From: the human T2T-CHM13v2.0 reference genome, Homo sapiens
Strand: one strand, 5' to 3'
NCBI RefSeq assembly: GCF_009914755.1
Contig: NC_060932.1
Length of the DNA stretch: 64,000 nt
Part shown: in pieces, positions 14,946 to 29,411 of the stretch
Layout: each line of letters opens with the position of its first letter
Numbering within the stretch: position 1 is the first letter of the stretch
Made by a program: the position numbers and the translations under genes
The notes under the pieces: generated by a model
Told to the model about the DNA's origin: nothing
Seen by the model: only the letters and a program-made list of their open reading frames with translations
The model's database searches: none

Positions 14946-15289
14946 TAAAAACCTCAATATTTATGAAGCATATGTATTTTTGTATACGATGGGTATACAG
15001 TAATAGAGAAGGTGTGGCCAATTATTTCAAGAAGACTATCATCTATCTTTCTGGGGAGATACATGTATAAATGGTCAACAATAGCACAGAATACTAACAG
15101 CTCTAATTTGGGGTGTTCTTAACCAATGAATCCTCTTGAATATTGACAATTCTCTGTTCAAATATTTAAAACATTTAAAAAATTCTGTAACAACTGTGTG
15201 ATAGAAACCTTTTTAAATCATTACTCATTTTTTCTATCTAATTACACTGAGGACACTGCATTTATTCACTATTTATGTGTTAATTCTGT

Positions 15290-16010
15290 ATTTAAATTCA
15301 TTGACACAAATTCACTAGACAAATACTACACAACAGGTACTGTTGAAGGTTTGGGAACATAGAAATGAATAATTAAGACTGGCTTTGGCCCTAAGGTGGT
15401 TGAACATCTGGGGATACATAGAGCAGATGTCAGAAAGAGATACCATATGCTATAACTCTGGAGAAGTGCACACACAGTGAGAGGAGAGGTACAAAGCTGG
15501 AGTAGGCGAGGGGCAGTAAGAGGAAGTAACAACTGTGCTAATTCTTGAAAAGTGATTTGGTTTTGCCAGATGTACATTGGAAAGAAGGAATCTTGGGCAG
15601 TGAAAAGAGGGAGTTAAGATCTGGAGCCAAGCCACAGTTCATTCCATATGCCAAGAAGGAGATTGGACAGGGTTGCAGGGGCCAAATCCTGAAGGACTTT
15701 TTATGACATTTTGAAATACATGCCATTGGAAATACAGAGTCACTACATAATTTTAGTTAAGAACAGTGCTCATTAACAGTTCCACTTCAGAGTGATCAGC
15801 TTGGCTTTGGAGGGAATATACTGGAGTCCTGAGATGTTGGAAGGAGATATGACAGGTAGAAAATTAGTACAATAATTCAGGAAAAAGATAATATGGGTGT
15901 GATTCAAGATGGTAGCAGAGAAAATGAAGAAGAAGGTATTAATATAGAAAATGATAAAGAGGTATAATTGATAGGAATTGATCGTAAATTTAATTGAGGA
16001 AAGGAGTGAG
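15290..16010 (-). mobile_element. L2 fragment
   Basis: Diverged L2 3' region. Boundaries approximate. Confidence 0.55.
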
Positions 16011-16309
16011 GAAAAACTAAGCTTTTTTCTCAATGTATCACTTGTCATTATGCATATCAGTAAATTACATTTACTTTGGAGATATCTCCAGAGATTATGG
16101 GTTAGATTATCTATGCTTTTCTGGTTGAAAGTTTTTCTGTCTTTTCCTAGTTGCCAATCATCACTGAGTTTTAACTTTCAGCAGGTAGTTCCCTTGTGAT
16201 CTAACATCCTTTATCACTTGGAAAAAAAATGAGGTCAATGAGGGTGCTGACTTATTAAGAAAAGTACATGAGTGGTCTTAGAATTTAATGCTAGAAAGAA
16301 GCCATTAAT

Positions 16310-16420
16310 AATAACCATTCCTTGTTCACTTCTGTATCACCAAGAATAGTGCTTGGCATTATTAATACCTCCTCAAAAACTGTTTGTCACATAAACAAAG
16401 GAATGAATGAATGAATGAAA
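16310..16420 (+). mobile_element. L2 3' tail
   Basis: ttgttcacttctgtatc...tagtgcttggca...(GAAT)n. Confidence 0.6.
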
Positions 16421-17808
16421 TAGAGTGGACCCAGTATTTTATAAATAGGGGCTGTTCTGAGGGCTTGAGGGTGGTTTGATGCTTCTTTCATGGAAAATGC
16501 ATAGTGTGAGAGTGGGGGTATTAACTGGAATGATACTTAGGTGCTGAGTAGCATTTGTTTATGAAAATAGGTAATGATTACATACTGTATGTACTAAGTA
16601 ATGTCTCATACCTAATACATGTGGGTAAGCATACTTTGTGTGTTATTAGCCTGGAAAAAGATTTACTGATGTTTCTGAATTGAGTTGAAGGTGCTGGTCC
16701 ACTGGTAGAAAGAATCAGAGACTATCCATTACTCTCTACCTTGATGAGGTTCCCCAAAGCCTATGGCAGCTCCAGGATTAGTCCCTTCCGGGTGGCAGAA
16801 ATTTAAGCTGCACAAACTTGCATTTCTAAAGTCAGGAGGAAGTTCTAGCCCAGTTCATTCTTCCCAATCTCCCCTCCTCTTCTGGAGGCAAACAAAAACT
16901 GAGCAACCTGAGGGTACTGCGAGGATAGGGACAGAGGGAGGTATGGAAGGATGTTGGGGATGAGGACGCCCACTGCAAAGTTTTGAAAAGGCGACCACAT
17001 CCTCTGGTCCTTCTCAGGGAAAAATACGTAAGACAGAACACTATAAAGAGAGTACAGAAATGAATCCTGGACTTAATTCCATCTCTAGTCAGAAAAAAGA
17101 ACAACAGTGAATAAAAATAGCACCAGCATAAAATAACAAAAATGGCAAAATTGGCAAGTAGGCTGAGCTGAGTTTTGGTTCAGCAAATCTCTCTGTGATA
17201 TTTTTCTTGCCAATTTGAAACCTGGTCTCTCGGCACCCTGGCCCCTTCCCACTTGGGTCTCCAACCACACTAGCATGGTGAGGTTTTCCAAAGGAGTCAC
17301 GTTAGTTATTTCTTCAAAGACTTTCTGCTGTCTGAAATTGCATACCCCTTCTCTCCCTAACCTTTATATCTGAAAAATTCAAAGTCACCGTTCAGGATTA
17401 TAAAACACTCCTGCATCACCTCTTTCTCCTTCATAGCATTGACCTCAATTTTAGTTGCTTGTTTTTTGCTTGCTCTTTTCTGCTTTATACCCTAGACTCC
17501 ACAAGGGTGAGATGTCCTTTCCTTTTAATTCTTTGAACCTGGTACAAAAAAGAATGCCTGAAACTTAGGTAGCTTCAAATAAAACCAGCTATTTATTTAT
17601 ATTTTCAGGAACTAATTTTCACAATTTAGAACCAATTTCAATTCTTTCAAGTGTATCCATCTTATTTGTTTGAATCAAGTACTCATTTACACAGGACACT
17701 TAGAAAAGCCCAATGATGGTTTGTGTGAATCAAAAGGAAAAAACAAAAAAATACACGGCACCAATCACACAATTCCATTCTGCAAACAGTGGACTGAGGG
17801 TTGAAGCT

Positions 17809-18177
17809 TGTTAAGGGTTCAGTTGCATCCCTGACAAAACTCATTTGTACCTTAGAATGTGACCATATTTAGAGGTACAGCCTTTAAAGAGATAACTAAG
17901 TTAAAAAAGTCATTAGTATGGGTGCTAATCCAACATGACTGGCATTCTTATAAAAAGAGAAGATTTGGCCACAGACAGGCACAGGGGGAAGACCCTGTGA
18001 AGACAAAGGGAGTAGACCATCATCTGCAAGCCAAGGAGAGAGGACTTAGAAGAAACCAACTCTGCCAACACTTCAACCTTGGACTTCCAGCCTCTATAAC
18101 TGAGCGAAATACATTTCAGTTGTTTAAGCCATTCAGCTTGTTGTACTTTACTATGACTGCCCTAGCAGACTAATGTA
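17809..18177 (+). mobile_element. MLT1B-like MaLR LTR
   Basis: agaatgtgaccatattt...ctaatccaacatgactgg...caagccaaggagagagg...ggacttccagcctc...ccctagcagactaat. Confidence 0.88.
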
Positions 18178-18778
18178 GAGATGATGAGACATCTGTAAGG
18201 CTCCCCCAGGATGAACCTGACCCACTGGAAACCCAGGCTTTTCCTGGGGCCACAGCATCTCCATGAGGGAGCCTATTTTTAACATACAGGAAGGATAGGG
18301 CTGAGTCTCAAGGGTTGACCTTGTCTGTGACCAAAGTTGAGTTCTTCTTGATGTCCACTGACAATCCTTCCCATCAAAGCAGACTCTTTTTGGTTCTGCT
18401 GCTCAGTGGTTTTTCTCCTCATGTTAGTTACATCAGGAAATAGGGTCGGGGGGATGACATTTAACTTTCTTTGGCTTGTTTCCGTATAAACTCAAATAGA
18501 AGAAATAGAACATAATTTATTTTATCTTGGCAATTAGTACCTTATATTACCTAGAGTAACAAATTTAATACAGCAAAATTTTCCTCTCCTGAAACTTGTT
18601 GACTATTATAGGGATATATTTAAATTATTTACAGTCATGAAACAATTTAAATAAAATATGTACTTGCTGTGAATTTTGAACTGTCAAATACACTTACTCT
18701 GTTGTTTTTTTTTTCTGAAAAGGAAAAAAAACCCAAAAAAAAACACAAAACAAATAAACAACTAGAAAGATGCAGTTA

Positions 18779-18900
18779 CTCCTGTAATCCTGTAATAGCT
18801 TAAGAGGCTGAGTTGGGAGGACTGCTTGAGGCCAGAAGTTTAAGATTAGCTTGGCCAACTTAGCAAGGCCCTGTCTGTAAAAAAAATTAAAAAAAAAAAA
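18779..18900 (+). mobile_element. FLAM or Alu monomer
   Basis: cctgtaatcc...gaggctgagttgggaggactgcttgaggccagaagtt, followed by an A tail. Confidence 0.8.
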
Positions 18901-18929
18901 TAGAGGAAGAGGTTGAAACCGTATCTCTG

Positions 18930-19270
18930 TTTTTTAATTTTATTATTTTTATAGACTTAGGGGGTAAAGTGTAGTTTTATTACATGAATATCCTGCATAG
19001 TGGTGAAGTCTGGAGTTTTACTTGGGTGTAACCATCACTCAAATAATATATACACTGTGCCCCTTAGGTAATCCATCATCTCTCACCCCAGTTCCATCCA
19101 CTCGCCTTTCCAAGTCTCCAATTTCTATTACTCCACTCTCTATGTCCATGTTTATACATCATTTAGCTCTCACTTATAAATGAGAATATGGAGTATTTGG
19201 CTTTCTGTTTCTGAGTTATGGCCTCCGGATCCCTCTATGTTGCTGTGAAAGGCATGATCTTTTTAATAAG
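18930..19270 (-). mobile_element. L1MA/L1PB-like 3' end
   Basis: T-rich tail, gcatagtggtgaagtctgg, catttagctctcacttataaatgagaa. Confidence 0.85.
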
Positions 19271-20589
19271 TTAGTCGTATTTTCATCTTTACTTTCAAGA
19301 GTTGACAATCACAGTTCATCATCATCATCACCATCATTTCTGCAGTATAATCACTTTCATACAGACGATGAAAGGAGACACCAGGCTCTCACAGTAATAA
19401 AAAATGATAAATGAAAGGATCAGAATTTGAGCTTATTTCTGATCCCCATAACTCAAGCCCATGCTAATACATGATATGTTGCCTTGAAAAGGGAAAACAC
19501 ACTGTGGTTGACACACTTGCAAACTCTATCATATGCAAATTAGCTGAGCCATCTTGTGTTTTAAAACACCTCTAAAGATTGCCTTTTAATTGCTGATGCA
19601 ATAGGGATTGAATTTTCATCATCTCTTCAGCAATGTGTTTGTACTTACAAAATAGAATTTTATCCTTCAGAACAACGTTCGGAGAACAGCAGGATGGGTT
19701 AGCTTCATCCTGTTGTGCGGGAGAACAATTTACACACAAAATGAATATCTGGCTAAATGACTTCACAGAGTCTTTCTAAGTTTCATAGCCTTCGATTTTC
19801 TGACCAAGATGCAATTGTCACTTCTTACTCCTAAAAAAAGCCTTCGGACATCATCTCAACTAAACCTCTGACTTAACAGAGGAAACTTTTGGTCACTCAT
19901 TTTCAGTGCTGAAAAATATAGCTTAATCCAGCCTTGAAAATCAGTTAGTTGCTTCCTACACGTTCTGGTTCATAAATTCACTGCTTGAGTTTTTGGGATA
20001 CAGGGTTTCTCCCTAAGCAGCAGTGGATGGAACACTGAACTAGGAGCCAAGAAGTGAAAAAATTAGCATATTAACATTTTCTGGAGCTCTCTCATACTGT
20101 GTGTGCCAGAAGGCCCCGAACTGGGTGCTAAAATGAGGAGCTCAGCTCTTATTGAGGTTTACACTCAGGCATGGTAGAAAAACATAAAATAATGACCAAA
20201 AGGGGGAATGGAAGTTGCCAATGTAATAGACACTACAGGGAGAGTTGCCTACTGTGATAAATGTCTATAACAACAGAGTTGATTTAGTCATGGGGTCAAT
20301 GGATTCCTGGGGGTATTAAAAATTGTGCTGAGATAATCTTAGCAAAATCTCTATGAAGTCCATTTTAAACTCCTACAAAACTCCTTTTTAAAAATGAGAA
20401 CACTGAGGCAGGCTCAGTGAAGTTAAATGATTTTCTGAGCCCCTACAGTAAGCAACAGAGCTTGTATTCAAAGCCAGGACTGTTCTACACTTGATATTCC
20501 CCATTATATCACAGTTGATACCCTAGGACTGCCATCTGCTTGGGCTTCTAGTCCTCGTCCTACTATCAATGGATATACATTTTATTCTG

Positions 20590-21070
20590 TGCAACACAAT
20601 TGTATATTGCAGAAAGAGCGTGAATTTTAACATCTGATAAATTTGGATTCAAATTCCAGTTCTTTTACCTGCTGAATGAGCTTGGACAAACCACTCTAAC
20701 TGTCTGGACCTCCCATTCCTTAATAAGAAAGAGGAAAAAAATGCTATGCACATTATGGAGTAGTTTATAAGATTAGAAATAAGAAATACATGGTGCTCCA
20801 TAAAAAAATAACAACAACAACACCAGAAACAACAAACAAAAGGCTATCATTTCATGAGCACTTGCCGTGGGCTGGACACACAAACTATCACATTTATTTC
20901 TTACAATAATCCTAGGAGATAAGTTCTATTATCATCCTCATTTTGAAGAAGATAAAATTGTGGCACTGAGTAATAAAGTATTTTGCCCAAGGTCATAAAG
21001 ATAAGAAGTGGCAGAATTAGGATAAAAATTGGGGAGCCTGACTCCAGAACTCTGTTCACACCATATGACC
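20590..21070. mobile_element. Two opposed MIR fragments
   Basis: MIR cores on plus (ggattcaaattccagttc) and minus (attatcatcctcatttt...gcccaaggtca). Confidence 0.6.
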
Positions 21071-21182
21071 TCCGTAATTCCCGTCCGTAACATGTACGGA
21101 AGATGTGGAAAGTTGGAGTGGGTGTTCCTTCCAGCATAAGGTTTCTGATGTGCTTTCTTTGCGGACAGTTTGAAGGCTGCGA

Positions 21183-21244
21183 GTGTGTGCACACGCACGC
21201 GCACACACACACGCACACACACACACACACACGCACACACACAC
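21183..21244. repeat. (CA)n/(CG) alternating purine-pyrimidine tract, 62 bp
   Basis: gtgtgtgcacacgcacgcgcacacac...acac with unbroken R/Y alternation. Confidence 0.97.
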
Positions 21245-21646
21245 CACCCAAACTTTCCCTTTTGGGCTCTTGGAGCCTACCCTCGCTGGCTGTACTGTTT
21301 CAAGGTGTTCTGTGGAGGCTGCTCTTGGTTTCACAGCCATCTGCTTTGTTTCCTCCAGCTGCAGAACTGTAGACAGAGATGCGTTTATTTTTGGTAGTAT
21401 GTATTTTCTGAGCTGAAACCAATGCAGGCTGCTGTCCAGATCCTCTGAAAAATCACTTCAACCAGCTCTAAGAATGGCCAACTGATTTTTCTTTAGTATC
21501 TCATTTTAAACAATAAGTTGATGGAAGAAGAAGTGAAACTACCTGAACAAAGTAATTAGGATGGAAAATTCCCTGAACCTGGCCAATTATGTCAGTTTTG
21601 CATAATAATAACTGCACAATAGGCTCCTTATAGCCCTGCTATTTAG

Positions 21647-22102
<456 letters not shown>

Positions 22103-22647
22103 TGAGGGCTTCCCTAATGGCCTCCTTGCCAGGTCAGTTAAATTCTAGGTTAAAATTTAATACAGATGTTAAATTCAGAAAAACTTAACACTCTAACTCT
22201 AACTCAATTTTACTAATTGTTAGCTTTTGAGATTGGTTAAAGTTGTCAAAATTTTCTGAGGTTTGGTATCCTTCTCCTTGAAAGGAGCACTGTAATATAA
22301 CGTGTCTCATAACCTAGTTGCGAAGATTTATGCAAGAAGAAAACATAATATAAGTGATAAAGCAGTGCCTGCTATGAATATGTTCCCAGTAAATACTTTT
22401 AAAGGAATAAATAAAAGAAAGTGGTTAGCACACAGCCTATACACAACAACTGCTTAACAAACTTTATTTATTCTTAGCGCATTATCTGTTAACTACTGTC
22501 CCACAATGAGCATTATTTGTGGGAGTCTCTAATTGTCACTGCTGTATTTGTAGAAATTGCCGTAGTACATGACACGCAGAAAACCTTTCATTTATAGGTA
22601 ACTTTTATAGATAACCTTTCATTTATAGATAACTTTTCACTTTAATA

Positions 22648-23239
22648 TATGAATAATACAGGGTGGTCACAGGAGAATAGAAAATTCCAGGCCGCAGTCT
22701 CACATGACTAGCAAAAAGGTAACAGTTGAAATAGTTGCATACACTAGAGAATGATAAAACCCTGAAAAACAGAATGGGGGCCAAGCTGGCTGAGACCAGC
22801 TAGACCCAACATGGAGCTAGATTTGACCTAGATTTCACCTAAAACCTCATTATACTCCCATTACCATACTAAATTACACACCCATTAGTGCTATGACAGT
22901 TTCAGGAACACCGATATTTGGTATGAAAATGGGTGGCACCATAGTTACATGAAATCTTTATCTTTTTCAAGAAATCTTCATGAATATGACTCCCCTTGGT
23001 TAAATAAACCCATAGAGATAGATGCCCCAAACCCCACGGGGCACAACTCACTCTGTTGAGTATACTCACATTCCCCTTTCTTGAGTGTGTACTTTCATTT
23101 TGCAATAAATCTCCATACTTTTGCTATTTTATGACTTGTCCTTGAATTCCTTCTTGGAATGGTGTCAAGAACCTGGATACCAGCTGAAGTTGAGTTCCCA
23201 CTGACATTTGGGGACCTGCCTTAGCCCATCAACTTAACA
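22648..23239 (+). mobile_element. MER41-family ERV1 solo LTR
   Basis: aataatacagggtggtcacaggagaatagaaaattccagg...gacccaacatgg...gcaataaatctcc...ttgaattccttctt. Confidence 0.8.
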
Positions 23240-24243
23240 AATAGTTTTTCATATGTTTATTTTGATTGTTACTTCCACTTGAAGCGGTAGGAATTATATT
23301 GTCACTAATTTACATGTGATAAAACTCTGAACCACAGGGAATAAAGATACTTTCTTTAATTAAAGTTGGTAAAAACTAGATTAGAACTTGGGCCCAATGC
23401 TCCAACTGAATGCTTTCTGCATTTTCGTAGAAGAATTAATCCAATTTGGATTTGCAGGGACTTTACACATCACCTACACTAACTGTCCTCATTTTATATG
23501 TATTGTCCGGGAAAAAGGGACCTGCCCAAACTCACATAGCCACTTTGAAGTGATTGCATTTTGTGAATAATCCAATAGCTCAAGGATGAAAGACTAATTT
23601 ATTTTGATAAATAAACCAAATTGTTGATAAATAAATTGAATTACTGCTACTCACCAGTCTAAATGGGTTGTGCTCAGAAATGCTAAATATTTATGGCCGA
23701 CAAGAAAAAATTGAATTCATTTATGTCTCTTTTAATAAACTGGATACCTCATGTAGAATAATTGCTACTTTTACTCACAGTATTTGAATACTGCGCATTA
23801 CTGAGTCATAGTTTAGTTAATGCCTGATTTCAGTTGGCAACATGCTATTTATGGAAGAAAATAAAAGACTGTAATGTTTAGAATTTGAACCAGTCTTTTA
23901 TTCTTTGAACTTTGAATGCATATGATTGGAGAATTTAAAAGCTCTAACCTAGATTCAAGTAAGAGAAAACTGATCCATTGAAAAAGGCAGAGTGTGTGAT
24001 TGGGTGTTTATCCTCTATAATAGCATCCCCATTCAGTGACACGTTTCACAAGTGCTTGCCTGTGTCTGGATGAGGAACCTCTGCATTTTCAAAAACTCTT
24101 GTTCACAACTCAGAAACATTTAGTATTGCTTTCTGTCAATAGAAGATAGGGTCGCATTTAACTGCCTTCAGGCTGGTTTGATGATTATTGTAAATCTGCT
24201 GCATGGAAAAAAATGACTTAGATTTTCTCCTTAGTACAATAAA

Positions 24244-24997
24244 TGGTAGTCCCTCCTTAACCAGGGTTTTACTTGCAGTGGTTTCAGTTACCCAAGGTCA
24301 GCTGTGGTCAGAAAATATCCAATGATAAATGCCAGAAATAAACAATTCATAAATGTTAAATGACATGCCATTCTGAGTAGCGTGATGAAATCTTGCACTG
24401 TCCCTCTCCGTTCTGCCTGTGATGTGAATCATCCCTTTGTCCAGCATATCCATGCTGTATATGTTACCTGACAGTGAGTGAGTCACTTAATAGCCCTCCA
24501 GGTTATCAGCCCCCCATGTTATCAACCCTCCATGGTACCACTGTCCTGGCATCACAGTGCCTGTGTTCAAGTCACCTTTATTTTCCGTAACACTTCCCTA
24601 AAAGCACAAAGAGTAGTGATACTGGCAACTCAAGCCAAAGAGAAGGCTTAAGTGCTCCCTTTAAGAGAAAAGGCAAAAGTTCTCAACTCAATGGAAAGAA
24701 AAAAAATCCTATGCTGGGGTTGCTTAGATCTATGTAAGAAGGAATCATCTATCTATAAAATTGTGAAGAAGGAAAAAGAAATTTGTGCTAGTTTTGCTGT
24801 TGCACCTGAAACTACAAAGTCACGGCCACAGTGCATGATAAGGGCTTAAGATGAAAAAAGGCATTAAATTTGTGGGTGGAAGACATGCACAGAAATGCCC
24901 TCCAATTGATGACCATCAGGTTCCATACTATCCTAGGTTTGGGGCATCCACTGGGGATCTTGGACTGTATCTCTCGAGGGTAAGAGCAGGGCAACTG
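24244..24997 (+). mobile_element. MER44C-like (Tigger7-derived) DNA transposon
   Basis: Degenerate TIRs (gtagtccctcctta / taagagcagggcaactg followed by TA). Internal ttctgagtagcgtgatgaaatc...gtgaatcatccctttgtccagc. Confidence 0.88.
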
Positions 24998-25177
24998 TAA
25001 TGTCCACTTTCTCCCAGGAAGGACACACGCAACAGCATTCACAGAGGAGTCGTGGGAACACACATTTAGCCCAGCAGAATTCAAAGAAGCAGTAAATTCA
25101 TGACAAGAAGTGAAGTTTGTGGAGATAGAAATCAGGAGACATTCCTTTCAGGGCTGATTTTTTGCCACTAGTGTGCT

Positions 25178-25783
25178 GTATGGCCAGTAGTCTTATTTGA
25201 CTATAAAACCATCATTTCCAACCATAGAACCCAAGTTTTGTTCAAGGCTGTCATGAGCCCAGGCACTGAATCATAACAGGAGCAACGATGCCATCCATGA
25301 CAATCCTGATTCTCTGCACTCAACAACCATATTTCTAGCTCCAATTGCAATTAATGGAGTCTAGTCCTAAGACAATGTTCTCACCAAAATATAAGTAAAC
25401 AAATTGACAAATAAAGTGAGGGGATATCTGCTGGAGGCTTCTGGGAAATATATTTGACTTTCTGGAACTAACTGGGACTGCACATTGCCATTTCTTATTG
25501 CTGAGGAAGTGAATGTCAGGATATAATGCCTAGAGCTGATATAATGATATAACCGTCTCGTATCTGAGGCAGTAAGTATGAAAATAAGAAACCTAACATG
25601 CTAAGCATCACAGAAGGGAAAGATGCCAAAAGTCCGCATCTTTGTGGCATCATTGATCTGTGAAGGAACCCTGGGATAGCTTGCTTCCATATTTCTCATT
25701 AAGTAAATAATAACTGTCTTTATGATTCAAAACACCAGTGTTTGAACCTTCTGTTACTTGCAGCCAGAAACATTCTAGTTACA
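25178..25783 (+). mobile_element. Old MLT1 (J/K/L-like) LTR
   Basis: agaacccaagttttgttca, ggcttctgggaaa, terminal ttctgttacttgcagccagaaacattctagttaca. Confidence 0.7.
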
Positions 25784-26085
25784 TTAACAAAATTACTAAT
25801 TATGTCTCCCCTTTTTCACCTTCATTTCTCCCTCTACCTTATCAGGCTGCAATCAATTTCTTCTTTTACTGACTTTGTACTTGGTATGCATTTCTATTGT
25901 TAGAGCTGCTGGCATTAAACTGGATTGTTATAGCCAATTTTAGGAGGTTTTCTCTGGCATCAAAATATGAGTACCAAATTTTATTAATTTGCAATAGATT
26001 AATTCAGAGAAGTTGCTGCTCTTTGCTGGGGGTATTATATTTTCCTATTCTACGAATGTCAGGCTTAGTCAAGTGACATGGAATG

Positions 26086-26376
26086 GGCTGGGTGCAGTGG
26101 CTTGCGCCTGTAATCCCAGCATCTGGGAGGCCAAGGTGTGTGGATCACTTGAGGTCAGGAGTTCGAGACCAGCCTGGCCAACATGGTGAAACCCTCTCTA
26201 CTGAAAATACAAAAGTTATCTGGGCCTGGTGGCAGGTGCCTAATCCCAGCTACTTGGGAGGCTGAGGCAGGAGAATCGCTTGATTCCAGGAAGCGGAGGT
26301 TGAGTGAGCTGAGATCGTGCCACTGCCCTCCAGCCTGGGCGACAAGAGCAAAACTCCATCTTAAAAAAAAAAAAAG
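26086..26376 (+). mobile_element. AluSq-like
   Basis: Full Alu with gacaagagcaaaactccatc. 11-bp TSD gacatggaatg at 26075-26085 and 26377-26387. Confidence 0.96.
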
Positions 26377-26395
26377 GACATGGAATGATCCTCTT

Positions 26396-26856
<461 letters not shown>

Positions 26857-26896
26857 CCTTCATTTTTAAGGTTGAATTATATTCCATCGTGTATGA

Positions 26897-26940
<44 letters not shown>

Positions 26941-27630
26941 TGTGTGTGAAAGAGAGAAAGAGAGAGAGAGAAATTGTGGCATATTTACTTATTGATACAT
27001 CTATCTGTTGATGAACACTATTATTTCCACATCTTGCCTATTGTGAATAATGCTGCAATGAACGTGGGAGTGCAGATATCTCTTTCAAATGTTGATTTCA
27101 TTTCCTATGAATATATACCCAGAAGTGAGATTACTGGAACAAACGAATTGATTAACTTGATTAATTTTTTGATAAACCTCTTTATTGTTTTCCATAATGG
27201 CAGTACAATTTACTTTCCCTCCAACAGCTCACAAGAAATCCCTTTATCCATATCCTTGTCAGCACTTGTTACCACTTGTCTTTTCGGTAATAGCCATTCT
27301 AACAGGTGTGAGGTCATATCTTGTGGTTTTGGTTTGTATTTCCCTGACGGTTAGTGATTTTGAGCACCATTTCATGAATCTACTGGCCATTTGTATATTT
27401 TCGTTGGAAAAATATCTATTGAGGTCCTTTCACAACTTTTAATTGAGTTTTTTGTGTTTGCTTCTTTGTTTTTGTTATTGAGTTATATGATTTACTTATA
27501 TATTTTGGAAATTAACCCCTTATCAGGTATTTGGGTTGCAAATGTTTTCTTCTATTCCATAGGTTGCCTTTTCATTTCATTGATTATTTCCCTAGCTGTG
27601 CAAGAATTTTTTTTAATTAATTTATTTTTA
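26857..27630 (-). mobile_element. L1MA/MB 3' ORF2 fragment containing (TG)n(GA)n at 26898-26971
   Basis: ttgtgaataatgctgcaatgaac, tagccattctaacaggtgtgagg, ttccataggttgccttttc. Confidence 0.88.
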
Positions 27631-27654
27631 AAATTAGTCTGAATAATTTATACT

Positions 27655-28005
27655 AGCCAATGTCCTTATATCTTAGTGGTTCAACATGATTGAAATTTGT
27701 TTCCAGTCTGTGTCACAGTTCTATATAGTTCTGGGGCTCTCATGGTGGCTGTCCTCCAGGAGAGCAACAGCTGAAGGACTCTGATTCCTTCCTTCATGTG
27801 GTTCTGATGTCATGGAACCCTTTGCTTCCATCTGCAATAAAGAGCGGAGGAAAAGCATAGTTTTTGCTGTTATTGTCTATCTTACCCTGACCACAATTTC
27901 ATCTCAACGCCCAAACTTTTTGTGATAAAGTGGGGAATATAGTCTTTTTTTGATGTGGCTAGGAAGAAGAAACAGGACTGGTACATTCAGCTGTGCTCTG
28001 CCACA
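27655..28005 (-). mobile_element. Old MLT1-type LTR
   Basis: ctgattccttccttcatgtgg...gggaatatagtcttt...ctctgccaca. Diverged. Confidence 0.45.
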
Positions 28006-28839
28006 CATGTTAACATGTAACTTAGATTCTGTGTTGGGAACAGGCTTATTCCACAATAGAGCCAAAGGGACATTACCATCATTTACAAGTTTATCATTCT
28101 ATATTGGGAGTATATCCTAAATACATAGAGGGATGTGATGAGATATCAGGGGCAGAACATGTTAAAAAAACAAACCAGAACAAACTAACACATCAAGGGA
28201 GAAGTCATTGAGTTCCATGACAGAAGTAAGCCAAGAAGAGGTAGAGCTTGTGTTTGGCCTTAATGGATGAGTAAGGCAGTAAAGCATGGTTAGTAACGAT
28301 GCCAAACACATGGACCATTGTGAGAGAGGGGCCCAGACTGAGAAGAGAGACTGCAGCATTGAAGATTTATGTAAGAAGTTCCAGGAGTATAGAGTAGAGG
28401 GGTGATCAAACGAAGGATTGAGGAGATCCTTTAAAACAAACAAACAGCTGGGCCTTTATCCTGAAGACAATTAGGCTATGATGCTTGCTTTATTCACAGT
28501 ACAAGGCTCATACCTTTGAATCTTTGTCCATTTATATTGATGAAACCTCTTCCATTATTTGGCCCCAAATACCATATTTATTTTTTATGTTTTATCATAG
28601 AGATATTTAAGACAGAGGAGAACGACGTGCATCATACTTCATTATCTTACATTGTGAGAAATTAAGACTATCCACATAAATTAACATTACTAGAAGCTAA
28701 AGCTAAGCATTTTTTATGTTTACAAACTTTCTTCTAATATCATCTATTCTATATCGAATTGATTTTGAAACATTTTGAAATATATATTTTCTGCTTTCTC
28801 AAAACAGCATTTTTAAACATGATTTAACATCTGTATGAT

Positions 28840-29411
28840 TTTTTTTTTTAACTTTTAAGTTCAGTGGTATATGTGCAGGTTTGTTACGTAGATAAACTTG
28901 TGTCATAGGGGTTTGTTGTACAGATTATTTCATCACCCAAGTATTAAGCCTAGTGCTCATTAGCTATTTATCCTGGTTCTCCTTCTCCTCCAACCCTGCA
29001 CCCACCCTCTATCCTTCAATAGGCCCCAGCGTGTTGTCCCCCTCTATGTGTCCATGTGTTCTCATCATTTATCTGCCACCTATAAGTGAGAACATGCGGT
29101 ATTTGGTTTTCTGTTTCTGTGTTAGTTTGCTGAGGAAAATGGCCTTCATATCAATCCATGACCCTACAAAGGATACAATCTTGTTCTTTTTTATGGTTGC
29201 ATAGTGTTCCATGGTGTATATGTACCACATTTTTTTTATCCAGTCTATCACTGATGGGCATTTAGGTTGATTCCATGTTTTTGCTCTTGTGAATAGTACT
29301 GCAATGAACATATACATGCATGTGTATTTATAATAGAGTGATTTCTATTCCTTTGGGTATATACCCAGCAATGGGTTGCTGAGTCAAATGGTATCTGTCT
29401 TTAGGTCTTTG
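28840..29411 (-). mobile_element. L1PA13-16-like 5'-truncated 3' end
   Basis: Poly-T, gtgcaggtttgttac...catcacccaagtattaagcctagt. ORF2 C-terminus (MFIAVLFTRAKTWNQPKCPS). Confidence 0.93.

Noticed and set aside
16763-17035. Possible exon (66-aa ORF, downstream gtaag donor-like site)
   Set aside because: No recognisable protein similarity and no convincing acceptor or partner exons. Cannot be supported without transcript data.
20901-21416. Six overlapping ORFs with VC/HT repeats
   Set aside because: Caused by the stop-free (CA)n tract.
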